A stretch of 50,111 bases of DNA from Catajapyx aquilonaris (taxonomy: Eukaryota). Location: contig JYFJ02002830.1 of NCBI GenBank assembly GCA_000934665.2, positions 1 to 50,111 of the forward strand, given 5' to 3'. The position numbers and the translations under genes are program-made. Positions 1-12,494 of this stretch are shown in pieces. Numbering within the stretch: the first letter of the stretch is position 1; every line of letters begins with the position of its first letter. The notes beneath the pieces are model-generated. The model was not told the DNA's origin. It searched no databases and worked only from the letters and a program-made list of their open reading frames with translations.

Positions 1-240
1 TCTCCTGAAACCTCCGTGGGACGCACTTCTCCAGTGACAATGAGGTGATAAGTGCAATGTATGGGTGGTTGGGTGGGGTCGAGGAAGATTTTTTTTTTTA
101 CACGGAATACAGAGGTTGGAGCACCGGTGGGACAAATGCATCCTGGTTCAAGGTGACTACGTCGAAAAGTCTTAATAAAATTTTGACCATCAAACATGTC
201 TTTCAACATCAGGCTCAGAACTTATTGGACGACCCTCGTA
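1..240 (+). mobile_element. 3' end of a mariner (Tc1/mariner) DNA transposon: frameshifted transposase C-terminus, right TIR and TA target site
   Basis: Translates NLRGTHFSSDNEVISAMYGWLGGVEEDFF, then after a shift in the poly-T HGIQRLEHRWDKCILVQGDYVEKS* (stop 173-175), the typical mariner C-terminal RWxKCxxxxGDYVEK. TIR-like caggctcagaacttattggacgaccctcg (210-238) is followed by TA. Confidence 0.9.
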
Positions 241-277
241 TACCTTAATTTGCTGTTTCACTTTAGCATTGTGCTAT

Positions 278-1430
278 TTTATCTGAAATAATTCCAGAGC
301 ATCGACTGCTTGCTTAGATTCTATGCAATTACACCACACATGAGTATGAATTGAAAACCTGTGTCTGTATTGTCGGTTCATATGTTTCTATATGCCCGCT
401 ACAATACTTTTCCATGATTAGTGAGTGCCTTACCTGCTGCTGGGGCACAACCTCTGCAAAATTTCGAGTCAGACGTACCCAGCAGCAGTTATAAGTAATA
501 ATTATGCAGATTCTACAATCTTATCCGAGGTGGCGCGAGTTGTGATTTTGGCTTCGTGCTTGGTGGATCACCAGGTGAAGCATCTCTACCTTAAAAACAG
601 CTAGAGTCATTGTGGCTCTTGCCCATGTTGACGTGTGTCTGCAAAATTTATGTCGGTGTGTTTATAAACATCTAGTCCCATTTGCTATGATAAGCAGTAG
701 GAAAAATCTTCCTGATGTCGGATTCTACTGGATCGCTTGCACACGTGAGCCATCAAATATACGTCCATGTCGCACGTATTTATAGATTTATACGGAGGTG
801 GTTGCTCAAGTGCACGCCGTGGTTGTGTAGGACACTTGTGCGTTGTCCTGCTTCCTAAGAGCTGTTATTGTCACACTATTTCGCTGATGCTTGTTGTTGG
901 GAGGTTGAGCTGGGATGTCTGGTCCAGCGTCAGCTTCTTTCTATCTCATGCCCCATTTTTACTGACATTCGTGTGTGCTCGCAGGACATACGTATTTTAC
1001 CTTGCAAACGATTGTTGTACTGTAAGCAATGGTCGGAACAGTTTCATTCTATGCTCACACCATTCATCTCATCAGAGGAACAATCAATGGCATATTGAGA
1101 GAGTGAAATTCATTCTAGTCTAAATGTTCTCTATTCCAAAATCGCAGGACATACGTATTTTACCTTGCAAACGATTGTTGTACTGTAAGCAATGGTCGGA
1201 ACAGTTTCATTCTATGCTCACACCATTCATCTCATCAGATGAGGAACAATCAATGGAATATTGAGAGGGTGAAATTCCTTCTAGTCTGAATGTTCTCTAT
1301 TCCATAATCTCTATATACATGGCAGTATATAGTCGTCGGTTCATCATCGTCTGACTGTGTGCTGGAGTTTCATTGTTGGATATTTTCTTACTGTTCACGA
1401 GCATTGACGAGATGCGGGTTACACTTGATG
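278..1430. repeat. Block A, copy 1 of a segmental duplication (copy 2 at 22352-23336)
   Basis: Colinear, high-identity match starting tttatctgaaataattccagagc and ending gggttacacttgatg in both places. Confidence 0.95.
979..1303. repeat. Tandem duplication of a ~163-bp unit (979-1138 / 1142-1303)
   Basis: tcgcaggacatacgtattttacc...gttctctattcca occurs twice head-to-tail. The paralog near 23050-23215 has a single unit. Confidence 0.95.
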
Positions 1431-1934
1431 ACTAATGTAATGTTATCTTCCCAGTTATCTTGTCGCAACTTTAGTTTATAAAGAACAGTTTTGGGCTTAT
1501 TTTGTTGCTGCTTCGTGTTCAATTTTTTAAATGTATGGCAGAAGCCCTTGTTGGCTGATACCTGGTACCTGAACTGGGCCTGGCACTCACTTACGTCCGC
1601 CAGAGTTGCTGTCAGTGTACTACAGGCGAAACATTTCGTACGGCAAATGTGATGATAGCGAATCAATAGAAATAAATTTTATTAAATCCTTATGGACCAA
1701 GCAGGCCCCCTGAGAGTGACCACGTCATTGTTTTATAACATTATCGTGTATAAAGCACTATTAGTGGGACCAAGTCGCACATTTTGAACACTGTGTGGCT
1801 AATTTGGGCACACCGTTGCATACACCGCAGTGCATTTGCTCGATGAGATAGATAAACACGTCATGGTTGGCGCATTGCTGCCTGATATGTTTTCTGAACA
1901 CGTTGTTTATCCTGCCCATGTCAGTTTCCGTCAT

Positions 1935-2530
1935 TACGGTCATGGACCATCAGCTTATGTGTCTGATCGCTTGAGTGGACTGGAGTTATTCATGGTGACT
2001 CCAGGCCTTTTTTCGTCTTCCTGTGACATTTGACAGAATAAAATTATTGTCCATGCTCCTCACTTGAAGTCTGTTGAGTTGTTAAGGTGGACCAGGAACA
2101 TTGAAATTATCTCATGCCCGGAGACGCACATGACAACATACTGTCATAAACCACTGACTATAAATGGGTCATGGGATTTATTTATGATGGACATTGTCCT
2201 TTCCTCTTTGCCAGATCTGGTGTCTGCATGGCTATAATGTGAGTATTTGCATTCATTTCAACTGGTCGCGGACAGACCGAACAACAATGTACTACCGACA
2301 TTTTGGAAGGCCGAAAGAATTCGGCGCATTGTCTCCTCTACTGAAGTATTACAGGCGGAAACGCAGCACCTAAAATCAGGGTAATGGGTATTATTTCCGT
2401 TTTAATTATATTGCCCGACATATATTCCTTGTAAATGGCAAAGGTGGCTCGAGAAATGTGTTGCTTTAACAGTTTAACGCATTGGTTTGGTAGTGTGACG
2501 ACTAATGTCAAAATGCGAGTCGGGAACGGC
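1935..2530 (-). pseudogene. Decayed coding fragment of unknown, probably viral protein (family C; homologs 25650-26160, 2640-2690, 29430-29560)
   Basis: Minus-strand peptides TFAIYKEYMSGN and SACNTSVEETMRRILSAFQNVGSTLLFGLSAT are conserved between copies with many synonymous changes. Stops and indels are present. Confidence 0.6.
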
Positions 2531-2759
2531 TGTTATTCTGTCCTGTGCATTAAAATCAACAACAGGTGAGGGGTTATTTGCAAAACTTTTTTAAAAAAAT
2601 AAATTTACCCAGAATCCAAGCCGTCGTAATATAAGCTTTATTGCCCGAAATATATTCATTGTATATGGCAAAGGTGATAAGTCGGATACATTTTGGGATT
2701 AATGTCTTTAACTTGGTTCCTGATGACTTTGTACTGATGCGTTGAGAGCTTACAGTCAA

Positions 2760-3200
2760 CCACCAGTGCCAGACAAAGTTTTCCGGTTCGGACTGCAAGA
2801 TGTTGTGGCCCTTTTGATTGCAGTTCCTAGATTAGGAGATCCTAAATTCAGTTATGTGACGACTTCAGCCGAGTCCTCTTTTCCTGCCTGGCGTAGTTTC
2901 ATTGCAAGGACCGTGGATAGCTTTTCTGCACTGGCTGATTCCAGTAAGTTTCCCACCTTTCGTTTCCATGTCTTCACACAGCACTGTTCAAATGCTTTTT
3001 GTGGTGTTCCAGGCCTCACGACGACTCTCCCGCTACCTTCTTGTGAAGAACCGGGTACAGCTCGCATGACAATATCAGGAAATGTGACATATTCCTCGAG
3101 CCAAAGTGATTTTTTTTTTTCAAGAACAGATTTTTTAACTCATGAAATCCACTTAGCCCGCCTTTTAGTGTTCAATGAGACTCTTTCTAAACACGTTGCG
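2760..3200 (-). mobile_element. Transib-like transposase N-terminal fragment (decayed)
   Basis: KW...KKKSLWLEEYVTFP...GTPQKAFEQCCVKTWKRKVGNLLESASAEKLSTVLAMKLRQAGKEDSAEVV...GSP matches the Transib N-terminal pattern GRPxKxFxxxSxRTKRRK...EL..A..MxLRxxG..xA. Confidence 0.65.
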
Positions 3201-3559
3201 TTTTTGTAATAACTAGAGAGGGGTCACTTTTCCATTTAAATCCCGTTGGATTGCTGTGATGTCGCGGCTGAAATGCGGCGGGCGGTAATTCTTAAAATAC
3301 CGCTGTTTCAGCACAACACCCACAATTTAGTGACGTGCCGGCATCAATTTGTACAAGTATTAGTTGCCAATTCCTATATACAAAAAGTAATGCAATAGCA
3401 CGTACACTACTACGTTTATAGTGATCGGCCTGACTATTATCAACTGCTGGGCTTTTGGAGGTGATCTATTGCGGTGATTGTGGTTTGAATAAGTGTGACA
3501 TAATTTTCAGCTTTAATGTTTATGCAGGTTGCTCGGCTTCTTTACCCTTGTGGTACTTA

Positions 3560-3740
3560 CACGTACGTATCTCTATGTGCATTAATTAGCATGTGGGCAG
3601 CACAGTGTCCACATGCTGTGATAATCGGCAGTTCATTACATATTCTGAATCCTTACCCGGTAGTCTTGGAAGCACGAATATGTCATATGCAACTGCCAGT
3701 AGTGCAGATTCCACTGCAATAACTTCCTTGAAGAAGGACT
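3560..3740 (-). pseudogene. Decayed coding fragment, family D (homolog 26540-26690)
   Basis: EVIAVESALLAVAYDIFVLPRLPGKDSEYVMN vs VTAMESAMLEAAxYDIxFVPPLLPGKDSEYVMN. Confidence 0.7.
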
Positions 3741-4589
3741 AACCAGACTATTATGTGCGGGAAAATGTTGCATTCACCATAATTATGAGGTGGTCGCTTT
3801 CTTTTATACGTTTCAATCTTGGATGCTCCCATGGGTTAGGCCGTGTCGTAATATCCCCTCTGGATGACTACATTAGGACTACGAATATCAGGCTCGTTAT
3901 TTGGTGGAGAATCGTAGCCTATTGCTTGAGCACCTCATACAAATAGCCCGACATTCAATATTCGAGCCACGAATGTAATTCCTATGTATGAATGCAAATA
4001 CTCCCATGCTTGGATGGAATATAGTGTTTCTCTCCTTTCTTGAATTGGAGGAATAAGCCTTGTCATATAATGACACTCGAGAGCATTGATGAAGATCTTG
4101 TATTTCCGGCTCAACTACTGTAAAAATGGGTATGTGCACGGAAGAACGCCACAACCTTGGATCGGGATAAATGTGTTTTTCCCTCCCAATGTTGACCTGA
4201 CCTTCACTTACAAGATGAAATGACTGCTTATGAAGAGCTTTCATGACATGCACCTTACAACCGAGGTCTTCAATAATTATTTTGGTATGTGTCTGTCGGT
4301 ATCGTTGCAGTGGCAATATCAACTTCATCATGAAACTCGTGTATCCTGAATGATGACTGGTCCAGTCGATGGACTCCATGATTGCGGAATCAGTATTAGG
4401 TGAAACAATATATTGTGTCATCAGTCTAACTAAATTTCCATCTAATTAGGGTAGAATAATGAGTTCTAAAAATAGCGATACGAAGCAACTTCCTCAGTGT
4501 CAATGCCAAGATAATTATTGTTGAGTCGGCAATTAAGTTCACAATAATAATAATCAGTCGGGAAGGAAACCTTCTGTTTTACCGATACT

Positions 4590-5095
4590 TGCTTGTTCGT
4601 GGAGGGTTTTAATGAGGCAGTTTCTTCCATTGTTGCCCTTCGAGCATTGTTGTCAGAAGTCAGTGTATTATTAGTAGGATATCAAATGGGCAAGGTGGAA
4701 AGTCGAGTGAAAGTTGGCCCGTTTAATTGGTGGGTCACTTTTGCCCCCACTGCACTGGTATCCTTATTTCACTCGGCCTTCTCTCCCTCATAAACCTCAC
4801 TCCACACCCGGCTTTGGATCGCTTCAATATCTGCTTTCGTTACTCTCCCCAGCATCACGGAAAGGTAATTGTCGTACACCAGTTCAAGTGGGCATATGTC
4901 TTTTCCATATTTAGTCTTGTACTCATCGCCTGCGTTTCTCTCCCAAGGAGCAATGGCCTTTCTCTGTGCTGTACCTGTACAACCGCCATACAATGCAGAT
5001 TCTCTCTCTCTCTCCTCTGGTGTTGCACCACACGCTGTCAGTAATACACGGACGTCTGACCGAGACGTGCTGTTAACACATTTGTGCCTGATCAT
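4590..5095 (-). pseudogene. Decayed coding fragment, family E (homologs 21590-22150, 28420-28680, 31575-32035, 34430-34555, 48095-48160)
   Basis: Peptides KAIAPWERN, ELVYDNY/ELVCDNY, NGPT and NNARRATM/NNARRPTM/NTARRPTM/VGRPTM are shared among subsets of the copies. Confidence 0.65.
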
Positions 5096-5407
5096 TTTAC
5101 TTTTCAGGTATTCAGGTTAACACTATAGGGTATTCGTAACTTATGGTCGGATTATTTCGTAGTTATTGGCTGTGTTGTGTCATTATGTTTTCTGATGTGG
5201 CTAATTGATCGGTCGGCCGCAAGTTGCGCTTATCAATGTTACTGCACAACAATAATGCTGAATGTGCACACGAAAGTCACAAAGTTACCACCACCTTTTA
5301 TAAGCATATAGTCACATTCTGGAACGTAGTGGCTGTAGACATGTTGACTTCGAATGGGTGAAATTGATGCGCAGGTCTGCCTACTCGCCACAAGCCTGGT
5401 TATACAC

Positions 5408-6410
5408 TGAAGGTGCATGATGTTTATAGGCAGTATTTACAATACTTCTGCATACATTGTGGCACAGTATTTGTCCATTTACATTTGGTAGAAAATATGC
5501 CGTTCGTTGTATAAACAAGTACAACAAATTCCTGATTTTGATAATACTGTATCGACGAGGTTTTTTTTCCAGTAAAGTAGTTCCTATTGTGCACTCACAA
5601 TAATTATGTCGCTTCACATGATTATGTATACTCGATTCAAATTTTACATGATTAGTGAGTGCCTTAACGGTTCTCTGCAAAATTTGATTGAATTAGACAC
5701 ATACCCTACCGCAGCTATATGTAATAGGTAGTATGCATATTCTATGCCGTCTAATCCGAGGCGGCGCTACAGGGACACCATGTAAATCCTGCAACAAGTA
5801 CAATTTGTTAATAATTCTGTTGTGTATATCCTAGTATTAGAACGCAACTGTGGCTGTATGATACGTTAAATTCTTTTGGAACGCTGTGATTTTGGCTTCA
5901 TGCTTGGTACGTAGATCTCCAGGTTAAACCACGTATCTTCCTTAAAACTGCTCGAGTTGTTGGGGCTCCTTCACGTGATGACGTGTGTCTGCACATGTCA
6001 GTTTGATGGCCTCTTTGTGTCATTTCTTTAGTTTATTTGAAAGCTTGACCCACCTTAGTCACTTCTCTTTCCACTGGGAGGTCCTCAGTATTTCTTTTCT
6101 TCTGCGTTAACAACCTGAATACGTGGAACACACGTCTTCATTTACGAGTAGTTGTTTTTTTTTGCCAAGCGATATGCATATAATAAGGATGTTCGAGAAA
6201 GCAATAACTTCGCACTGTCCGAGATTTGGCGCATTTGGGTGGTAGTTATCAGTGGGAATACTTGCGATGCTAGGACAGGTGGCAAGTAGAGCTTGCGCAG
6301 GCTACGTCTCCTCCGCCTCTCTGTCTATCTGTCGTATCTCTTCATTCTTAGAAATAGAAATCGCCAGGAAAGTATACCAGAGCAGGCACAAGATTTTGTA
6401 CACTTTGACG
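5408..6410 (-). pseudogene. Block B: long decayed reading frame of unknown protein; copy 2 at 23340-24622, older homolog inside block A (410-650)
   Basis: Frame ...EMTQRGHQTDMCRHTSSREGAPTTRAVLRKIRGLTWRSTKHEAKITAFQK...APPRIRRHRICI...VKALTNHVKFESSIHNHVKRHNYCECTIGTTLLEK has few disablements. STKHEAKIT, APPRIR and KALTNH recur in all four homologs. Confidence 0.65.
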
Positions 6411-6699
6411 TGTTTGTGTCAGGGAGAGTACCTCCCAAAAATCTAGAAGCACATTGTTCCCACTGGAGCAGAGGGCTTTTCCCACAGGAAAAAACAGTCC
6501 CAAGAAGGTTTTCTTTGCCCCTAAAAATGGGTAATTAATTAAATTTCTAGGAGACATGTTAACCTTTTTATTAGACTACATTAACTTATTAGTATGTCGC
6601 CGATAAGCTGCGGGCAAATTATTTTCCTGCTCCACGCTACGCGACTCCGAGGCGACTTGTATGTCTTCGGAAAGTAGATTCTCGGGTTGGAAAATAATG

Positions 6700-6860
6700 T
6701 AGACATTCTGCTGCGACATTACTCTCAAGAAAGACATTGCGTGTGTCATAATTTGCTTGTTGTCTTGGCCTGTCCTAGTTTAGGTCCTCGGGCGACTTAT
6801 CAGGGGACGACGGACGATGGCACAGATGTGGTCCTCGTCTCTCTGTGTGCGCACTTCCCT
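6700..6860. repeat. Dispersed diverged repeat family H (also 8270-8410 and 43020-43100)
   Basis: Shared gctgcgaca and tggcc(t/a)gtc segments in all three; ctctgtg(tg)cgcac in the first two. Confidence 0.65.
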
Positions 6861-7439
6861 TGTAGGTGCGGTGGTGGCAAACACGGGTTGTCTAGTGTCG
6901 ACACGTTCTGCTAATCACCAGTTCATTGCGTCGGACTTGTTCACAGATTGAAATGGAAGAGGCATGTGCTACGATCATGTTGATCATTTGTTTGCCACGT
7001 ACTGCATCGAACCTGTTATTACAAGTGGAATTCAGTAGTAAAGCAGCATTTTACAGCACGATATTGTGGGTGCATATTAACTGAAAATTAAGGTTAATAA
7101 CTTACGCACTTACTAATTTAGCACATGTGTTTCTGCGGGTAAAGTTTTTCTTTCCATCTTCGGTTTTGTGGGGATGGGAGCTTCAAAAGGCGGAATAAAT
7201 CCAATTGCACTCCTCTTCAAGAGGTACCGCACTTGTTGTTTACACTAAAGGCCTTCAAATTGCGAGGTTACTGTGGAGTAATATTGTTTTTCACTGGAAA
7301 ATGTGACCTGGGAATGTATGAAGATGTCGAGAGTTCTATTCTGACATTATATTGACACAATATGATATATCCACATAATATTATATCATGTACGATGTGT
7401 TTGTTGCAGCCTCAGTCAGTGTCACCTCGGATCTATTTC

Positions 7440-7710
7440 ATATTGAAGTCGGTGTCTTTTGGAGGGCCAAAGTGACTGGTCAAGAGGGACCAGACATCTG
7501 GTCATGTCTTCCTTCCACATCACAATTTGAGGTTCCTCTCTTTGTCGTAGTTTTCTGGCCCGAATCCAGAATCATGCATGAGAATGAGTGCCAGTGTAGA
7601 TAGATTTTAGAAATGTTGTATATTTGGGCTAGTAAGAAGGTAATCGTGATAACAGGTGTATTGTAGTCCCTACGTTCGTTTTCCCTATCTCCGGGGAGAG
7701 CGGCTGAATA
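7440..7710 (-). pseudogene. Possible toti-like (Ghabrivirales) RdRp fragment, motif F to motif A
   Basis: One frame with two stops: SPEIGKTNV...FLKSIYTG...QIVMWKEDMTRCLVPLDQS. It resembles KxExGKxR followed roughly 65-70 aa later by P(L/I)DQSxFD of giardiavirus/IMNV-type RdRps. Confidence 0.4.
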
Positions 7711-7725
7711 TGGAAAACGACAGCA

Positions 7726-7956
7726 CCCATTACTACGTAGGTGGAGCCTGAGCGGCTCCAAGGTGGGACATGTTCCTCGTTACGAATTTTTTTCAGCCAA
7801 AGAATGGCGACTAAAATTTTCTTTTCTTCTTTCCATTCTTAGGAAGGTTTTTGTGACAAAGTCACGGAAGGAGAGGGGGAAAAAAATTTAATTAAAAGGT
7901 TACATGCGTTTAAATAGTGCTTGGAGCTTCTCAGGCTCCACCTACGTAGTTAAGGG
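7726..7956. mobile_element. ~230-bp MITE with piggyBac-like CCC...GGG terminal inverted repeats
   Basis: cccattactacgtaggtggagcctgagcggctccaag at the left is the near reverse complement of cttggagcttctcaggctccacctacgtagttaaggg at the right. A TTAA target duplication is not preserved. Confidence 0.7.
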
Positions 7957-9865
7957 TTTACGTTGGGAAATTGAGAACATCAATTCTGGCAGGTTGTCTA
8001 GCCTGGGTAATTACAATTACAGGTTCAATTCCGGGTTGAAACTACAGGGTCTTCATGCATTCCGGCAGTGTTACCTACATACAATTTATCAATCGGCAAT
8101 AACGGTGACTTTTGCTATGTTCACCAAAACTGCTCAACACTTAATTCTTATAAATGTGAAGAGATTACGAACCCAATAAATGCCAATCGATATCCTGGTT
8201 GTAATATGTATTCCTAATCTTTTGTGTGATTTCAAGAGGGGATACCCAGGTTGAAATAATATATTGTAGTCATTCCGCTAGCTGCGACATGACTCGCAAT
8301 AAAGACACTGCATTTTCTTGTCGTTTTGGCCTGTCATCGGTTAGGTCCTGGTTAGGTCCTCTGGAGACGATTGGACAGAAGTGGCCCTCGCCTCTCTGTG
8401 CGCACATTGATTATTTCAAGCTAACTTACTGCTCGAATTCAGATGTTAACGAGCATAATACGATGTACTGCATAATACTGAATATAATATTTGCGTTACT
8501 TCCCATTCAGACCCTACTCCTTCAAACTACTTACAACAGTAAGTAGTGTTTTATTTTGAAGAGAAAAAAAAAATACTATACGTCTTTCTAGACTGGCAGG
8601 TTAGTCTCCTGTCCTCACATGGCCATGTTGCCGGAGATGACGACCACCTGCCTGGCCGACATTCATGAGCTCACTGGCTTCATTGTTTTATCTATGCCAT
8701 CCTGCTATAGATGGAGTGCTATGTGTGGCCTCACTGCAGTCTATTAATGACCCTTACGTGGATATTTCAGCATCCAGGGCGACCTTTGTGAAACAAACAC
8801 AAATTCACACTGATCACTGATTTTTTTACTGTCAGGTCATATGGCAATCAGATTGCAACTTACTTTCTCTTCTAGCCGGTCAATGTACTGTTGTAAAGGA
8901 CTTGTGTATGCCTCATTCAGTCTGTCAATCTTGACTTGCCCGCTAGTGAGCATTAATTATGGAACCCTGCCCGTTCATTGTCTATGTGAAATTCGCGTGT
9001 CCGTTTCAGGAGGCCCCTAATGTATGAAGAAATTACGTCGTGAAACTGATATATTTTTGACTTTCTACTTATTGCAATTTGCAGACGCAAATAATTCTCC
9101 GAGTGTGTTTGTAGATTTGCATGTAATTTATTGCCTTCAAGTTTCTCTCCCGTGCCCCGCTGGCTGCCGTTAAATCATGGTGCACATAATCATGGACAGT
9201 CTTTCTTCACAGATGACTGTCGAGGGAAGCATGCCACAAGACATGCTTCTCTGAGTATTAGATGACCATTGATCACCACGAGTCTTTCCTGGAGCACCTT
9301 CTTGTGTACGAACTGGAATGATGTGTAGAGGTGAACCTCTTCGCATGGTATCTTGTGGCAGAAGGTATATTTCTTTCGTTTCGTTATTCCTCTTTGGGAT
9401 GTGACCAAGATGAGAGTCGTCGTCTTGGTGCTTTACTCTTTGGCAGGTTCATATCCCCTGTTGAGTTGCGAAAAAAAAACTATTTTTTATGTTCTTGAAT
9501 ACTGTATGTTGGTGGTGCTCTTCCACATGAGAAATTCCTCTTGGCTGTTGGTCAGTGTATTCCAGGTGGTTCGCTGCTGCACCCCACTTTCGGCAACGTA
9601 ACCCCACCTGCAACCTGGGTACGTACCGTAACTTACTGCAGCATGTACACTTAGCAAAATTGTGACAAGGGGCATACAATACCCTAAGAGTTGCGAACTG
9701 GTCCAAAATCAAGCTGAACGACGCAATCACTGAAGGACACGCACAAAAAAAAACGGCGTCCAAAATGCTGACACAATGTGATACGTCCCCCTAGTCAGTC
9801 GTCTGTTTGGATCAGTTCTGGGGCGTGATGCATCTAGAAGGGGTCAATACACACCAGTGTTTGCC

Positions 9866-10125
9866 CTAATCTTTCATGGTCTGGACTCTCTGCAATATTT
9901 TTCCCCTGACGATTGCCAATATTGCTCTTGTTAAAAGGCCCTTCTGCCTTTCTTTTTCCGGAAAGAATGTCGTTGGATATAAGTGTAATAGGCCATTCCT
10001 ACAAGCAGCTGACAGCAATGCGTCGCATAATGCATTAAGCTTCTTGTCATTGAGAAGCAATTTACTTTTACCATTTCCATGACGTATATGTCCCTCGTCA
10101 CTTTTAGCAAAAGTTGTGGGCAACT
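9866..10125 (-). mobile_element. Possible decayed Academ-type protein fragment
   Basis: PTTFAKSDEGHIRHGNGKSKLL...Y...KERQKG loosely resembles the PxSL..xGxxRxxxKSxL...YxxxSxKxxERxxR region of AcademX proteins. Confidence 0.3.
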
Positions 10126-10544
10126 GTCATTGTCTATATTGCTCTAACGATCAGCTGAGTCTGGAGGGAGAGTCGATCTCTCTTCTTACCTTTGGCAACC
10201 GACAGACAACGCTGTATTTTATTGATGCGTAAGGAACTTGCAGTGTCACGTCGGAGGCTGGGGCGGGGGCTATGGTTAGGTACTGGAACTTTTATTGTGT
10301 TTCTATGCAGGAAGATAATCTTGCGCTGGAAGGTGGGAAGAGATTGCAGCAGTGTGTCGTTTTATGTGGATACCTGTGGACGTGAGTTGCGAATGGCGAA
10401 CTACAAAATGACTCGTCTATGCTGCCGATGATGGGGATTATTTCCGCCTGGTTGTATAGATGAATCTTTATCCATTGCTTTCGAGACTGTCTTCCGTGGC
10501 CTGGTGGCTGCCAACAGGATGTTCTTTGGACTTGCATTGTGTCA

Positions 10545-10981
10545 AGGTGACCCGAATTCAGGTGGGTCACATTCGCCACATGGATGCAATATGTGGAGAT
10601 GTGGGCCACATCCTATTAATAGACTCCCAAATATTTTTCATGGTATAATCGTTTCGTGATTACTTTTAATAAGCCTCACATTCAATAAACACTGATGCTA
10701 CACTCTTACCATGTATTTTAATTAATCTACAAGAGCGCTATTATGTTGTTGCGATATTATTGGTCACTGGCTAACTATAGGGAGGAGAAGCAGCCAAGTT
10801 CTGTGTAATGGTAGCACTATAGAAATACCAAAAAGTCAGCAGACCCGTCGTGTGACTTGATACCGATGCTGCAGCTTTCGGCTCGCATCATTTGCAGTGA
10901 CAAAAATGAGTAATTCTGCATTGCTAGATATTTTGGTGTGTAATAGTATTTTAGCACAACTTGTCCACCCCTGTCTCCTAC
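10545..10981. repeat. Block F, copy 1 of a near-identical ~437-bp duplication (copy 2 at 20743-21179; older homolog ~26920-27030)
   Basis: aggtgacccgaattcagg...cccctgtctcctac is nearly identical in both copies. Minus-strand peptides GGQVVLKY and ESCSIG are shared with the older homolog. Confidence 0.95.
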
Positions 10982-11029
10982 CGTACATAATCCACCGTAC
11001 ATAATCGCATAATCGCATAATACATGATT

Positions 11030-12494
11030 CACCCATCAGCTTATTCTCTGCCTGCGCAAGAAATGCCTTCCATACTATACTCCGGTTGTGACACTGTGTC
11101 ATATTTCTCAGGAAAGGGCAAGAACTCTGCATTCAGGTCATGGAGAGCGTCTGGGGAATAAGCCACTGAAGCATTTCAAGCTATCGGGACTACTGACAAA
11201 CTGTCTGCAAATAGCCTACCATTCATGCACTAGAACATTTTACTGCGATTATGTACGGTGGAAAGTGCTGGTCAGGCTGGTCAGGTGTGGGGCAGGTCTC
11301 TTCATCTTTCATGGAGATCCTCCTCCGGATCCTTCGTCATCGGGGTGGACCTTACAATCAAGTGGATGGGAGCCCATATGGACCACACTCCCAAGCATTT
11401 GGGAGTCATGCAGAGCACTAGATATGTGCAAATGCAGGACAGCATGCCAAACCCTTCGGTGCCCCCGCCATGCAGCTCAGCTGCTTTGCACACCTGGCTG
11501 CAAGAACTGCAAGGGTGAATGTTCAAACAAAAGGTAGGAACGTACGTTTATCTATTGACACAGTCATGGCAATAAAAACTGCGGATTAAATAATGATTTA
11601 TTGTTCCAGGACTCATGAAAAGGAAAATCAAGCCTTCTCCAGGGGACACATGAATATAAAGCNATTACGAGGTAGTAGTTTTCCTGTACCTCATATTGAA
11701 CACGCGCCTCACAAGGATAGGGTAAAATCGAAAAAATACCTCATAAAGACAGTAAAAATATATTTCACCAAAATATCGTGTGTTTCCTTGTAGGTTAGGT
11801 TGGTTATGTTAGTTTAGTTTTAAATTTTACATTTTGGAAAAACCTCACAAGGATAGTGTGGGTGTGGGTGTTTGTGTTTATTATAAGGTGAATTAAATTT
11901 AATTTAAGGAGATTAAATTCCTTCAAACAACTTTTGCTGATGTCACATTTAGCCTCAAAATGCCAAGAGTAGTCGGAAATAAATGCCATACCCAAGAAGT
12001 TTTTATTTCGAGGCAGCACAGACCTCTCCCAATTTGCAGTAGGCCTAAGTTTTTTAAATGCTGTCGATGGAGCCGTAATGGTAGATTGGATCCATTTCAC
12101 GATGGTTGATTTAGTTTCAGAAGCACGTAATTTCACATAAACGACACCTTACACAACTAAATAAGATTGTTTTCAAATTTTCCCGCCATTTTGGAAAATC
12201 GGCCGCCATCTTGGATCTAAGGGTTAAAAAAGATGGCGCTACGGGGGAAATCGGTCCTTGGTGTGTAGACAATATTCCTACAAAGTGGCTTGCCGTTATA
12301 GTAATTTGCCGCTTTTTTACAGAATTTTTTACGTTTTTTGAAAACCGGCCGCCATCTTGGGTCCTAAGGGACGAAAAAGATGGCGCCACGGGCAAAATCG
12401 CTTATTTTGGTCTTAACTACAATCCTGCAAAGCGGCTTGCTTTTATCACGATTTGCCGCTTTTTAATGGAATCTCGAACGTACCGCCCCCACTA
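11030..12494 (+). mobile_element. 3' part of an AcademX DNA transposon: XPG-like and Cys-rich C-terminus plus right terminus
   Basis: SGCDTVSYFSGKGKNSAFRSW (from 11081) and PPDPSSSGW...WEPIWTTLP...CKCRTAC...C...LLCTPGCKNCKGECSN* (stop 11535-11537). Two ~146-bp subterminal units contain ggccgccatcttgg. The terminus ...gtaccgcccccaCTA fits Academ TAG...CTA ends. Confidence 0.85.

Noticed and set aside
2742..3209. 155-aa plus-strand ORF as a gene
   Set aside because: Antisense shadow of the Transib-like frame on the minus strand.
3897..4421. 174-aa minus-strand ORF as an intact gene
   Set aside because: Longest ORF in the track but has no recognisable domain and lies among decayed fragments. 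More likely another relic than a functional gene.
8615..8670. Plus-strand HVAGDDDHL as narnavirus-like motif C
   Set aside because: Isolated in a short frame with no other RdRp motifs.
11789..11822. TTAGG telomeric repeat
   Set aside because: Only about two degenerate units, inside the Academ element.
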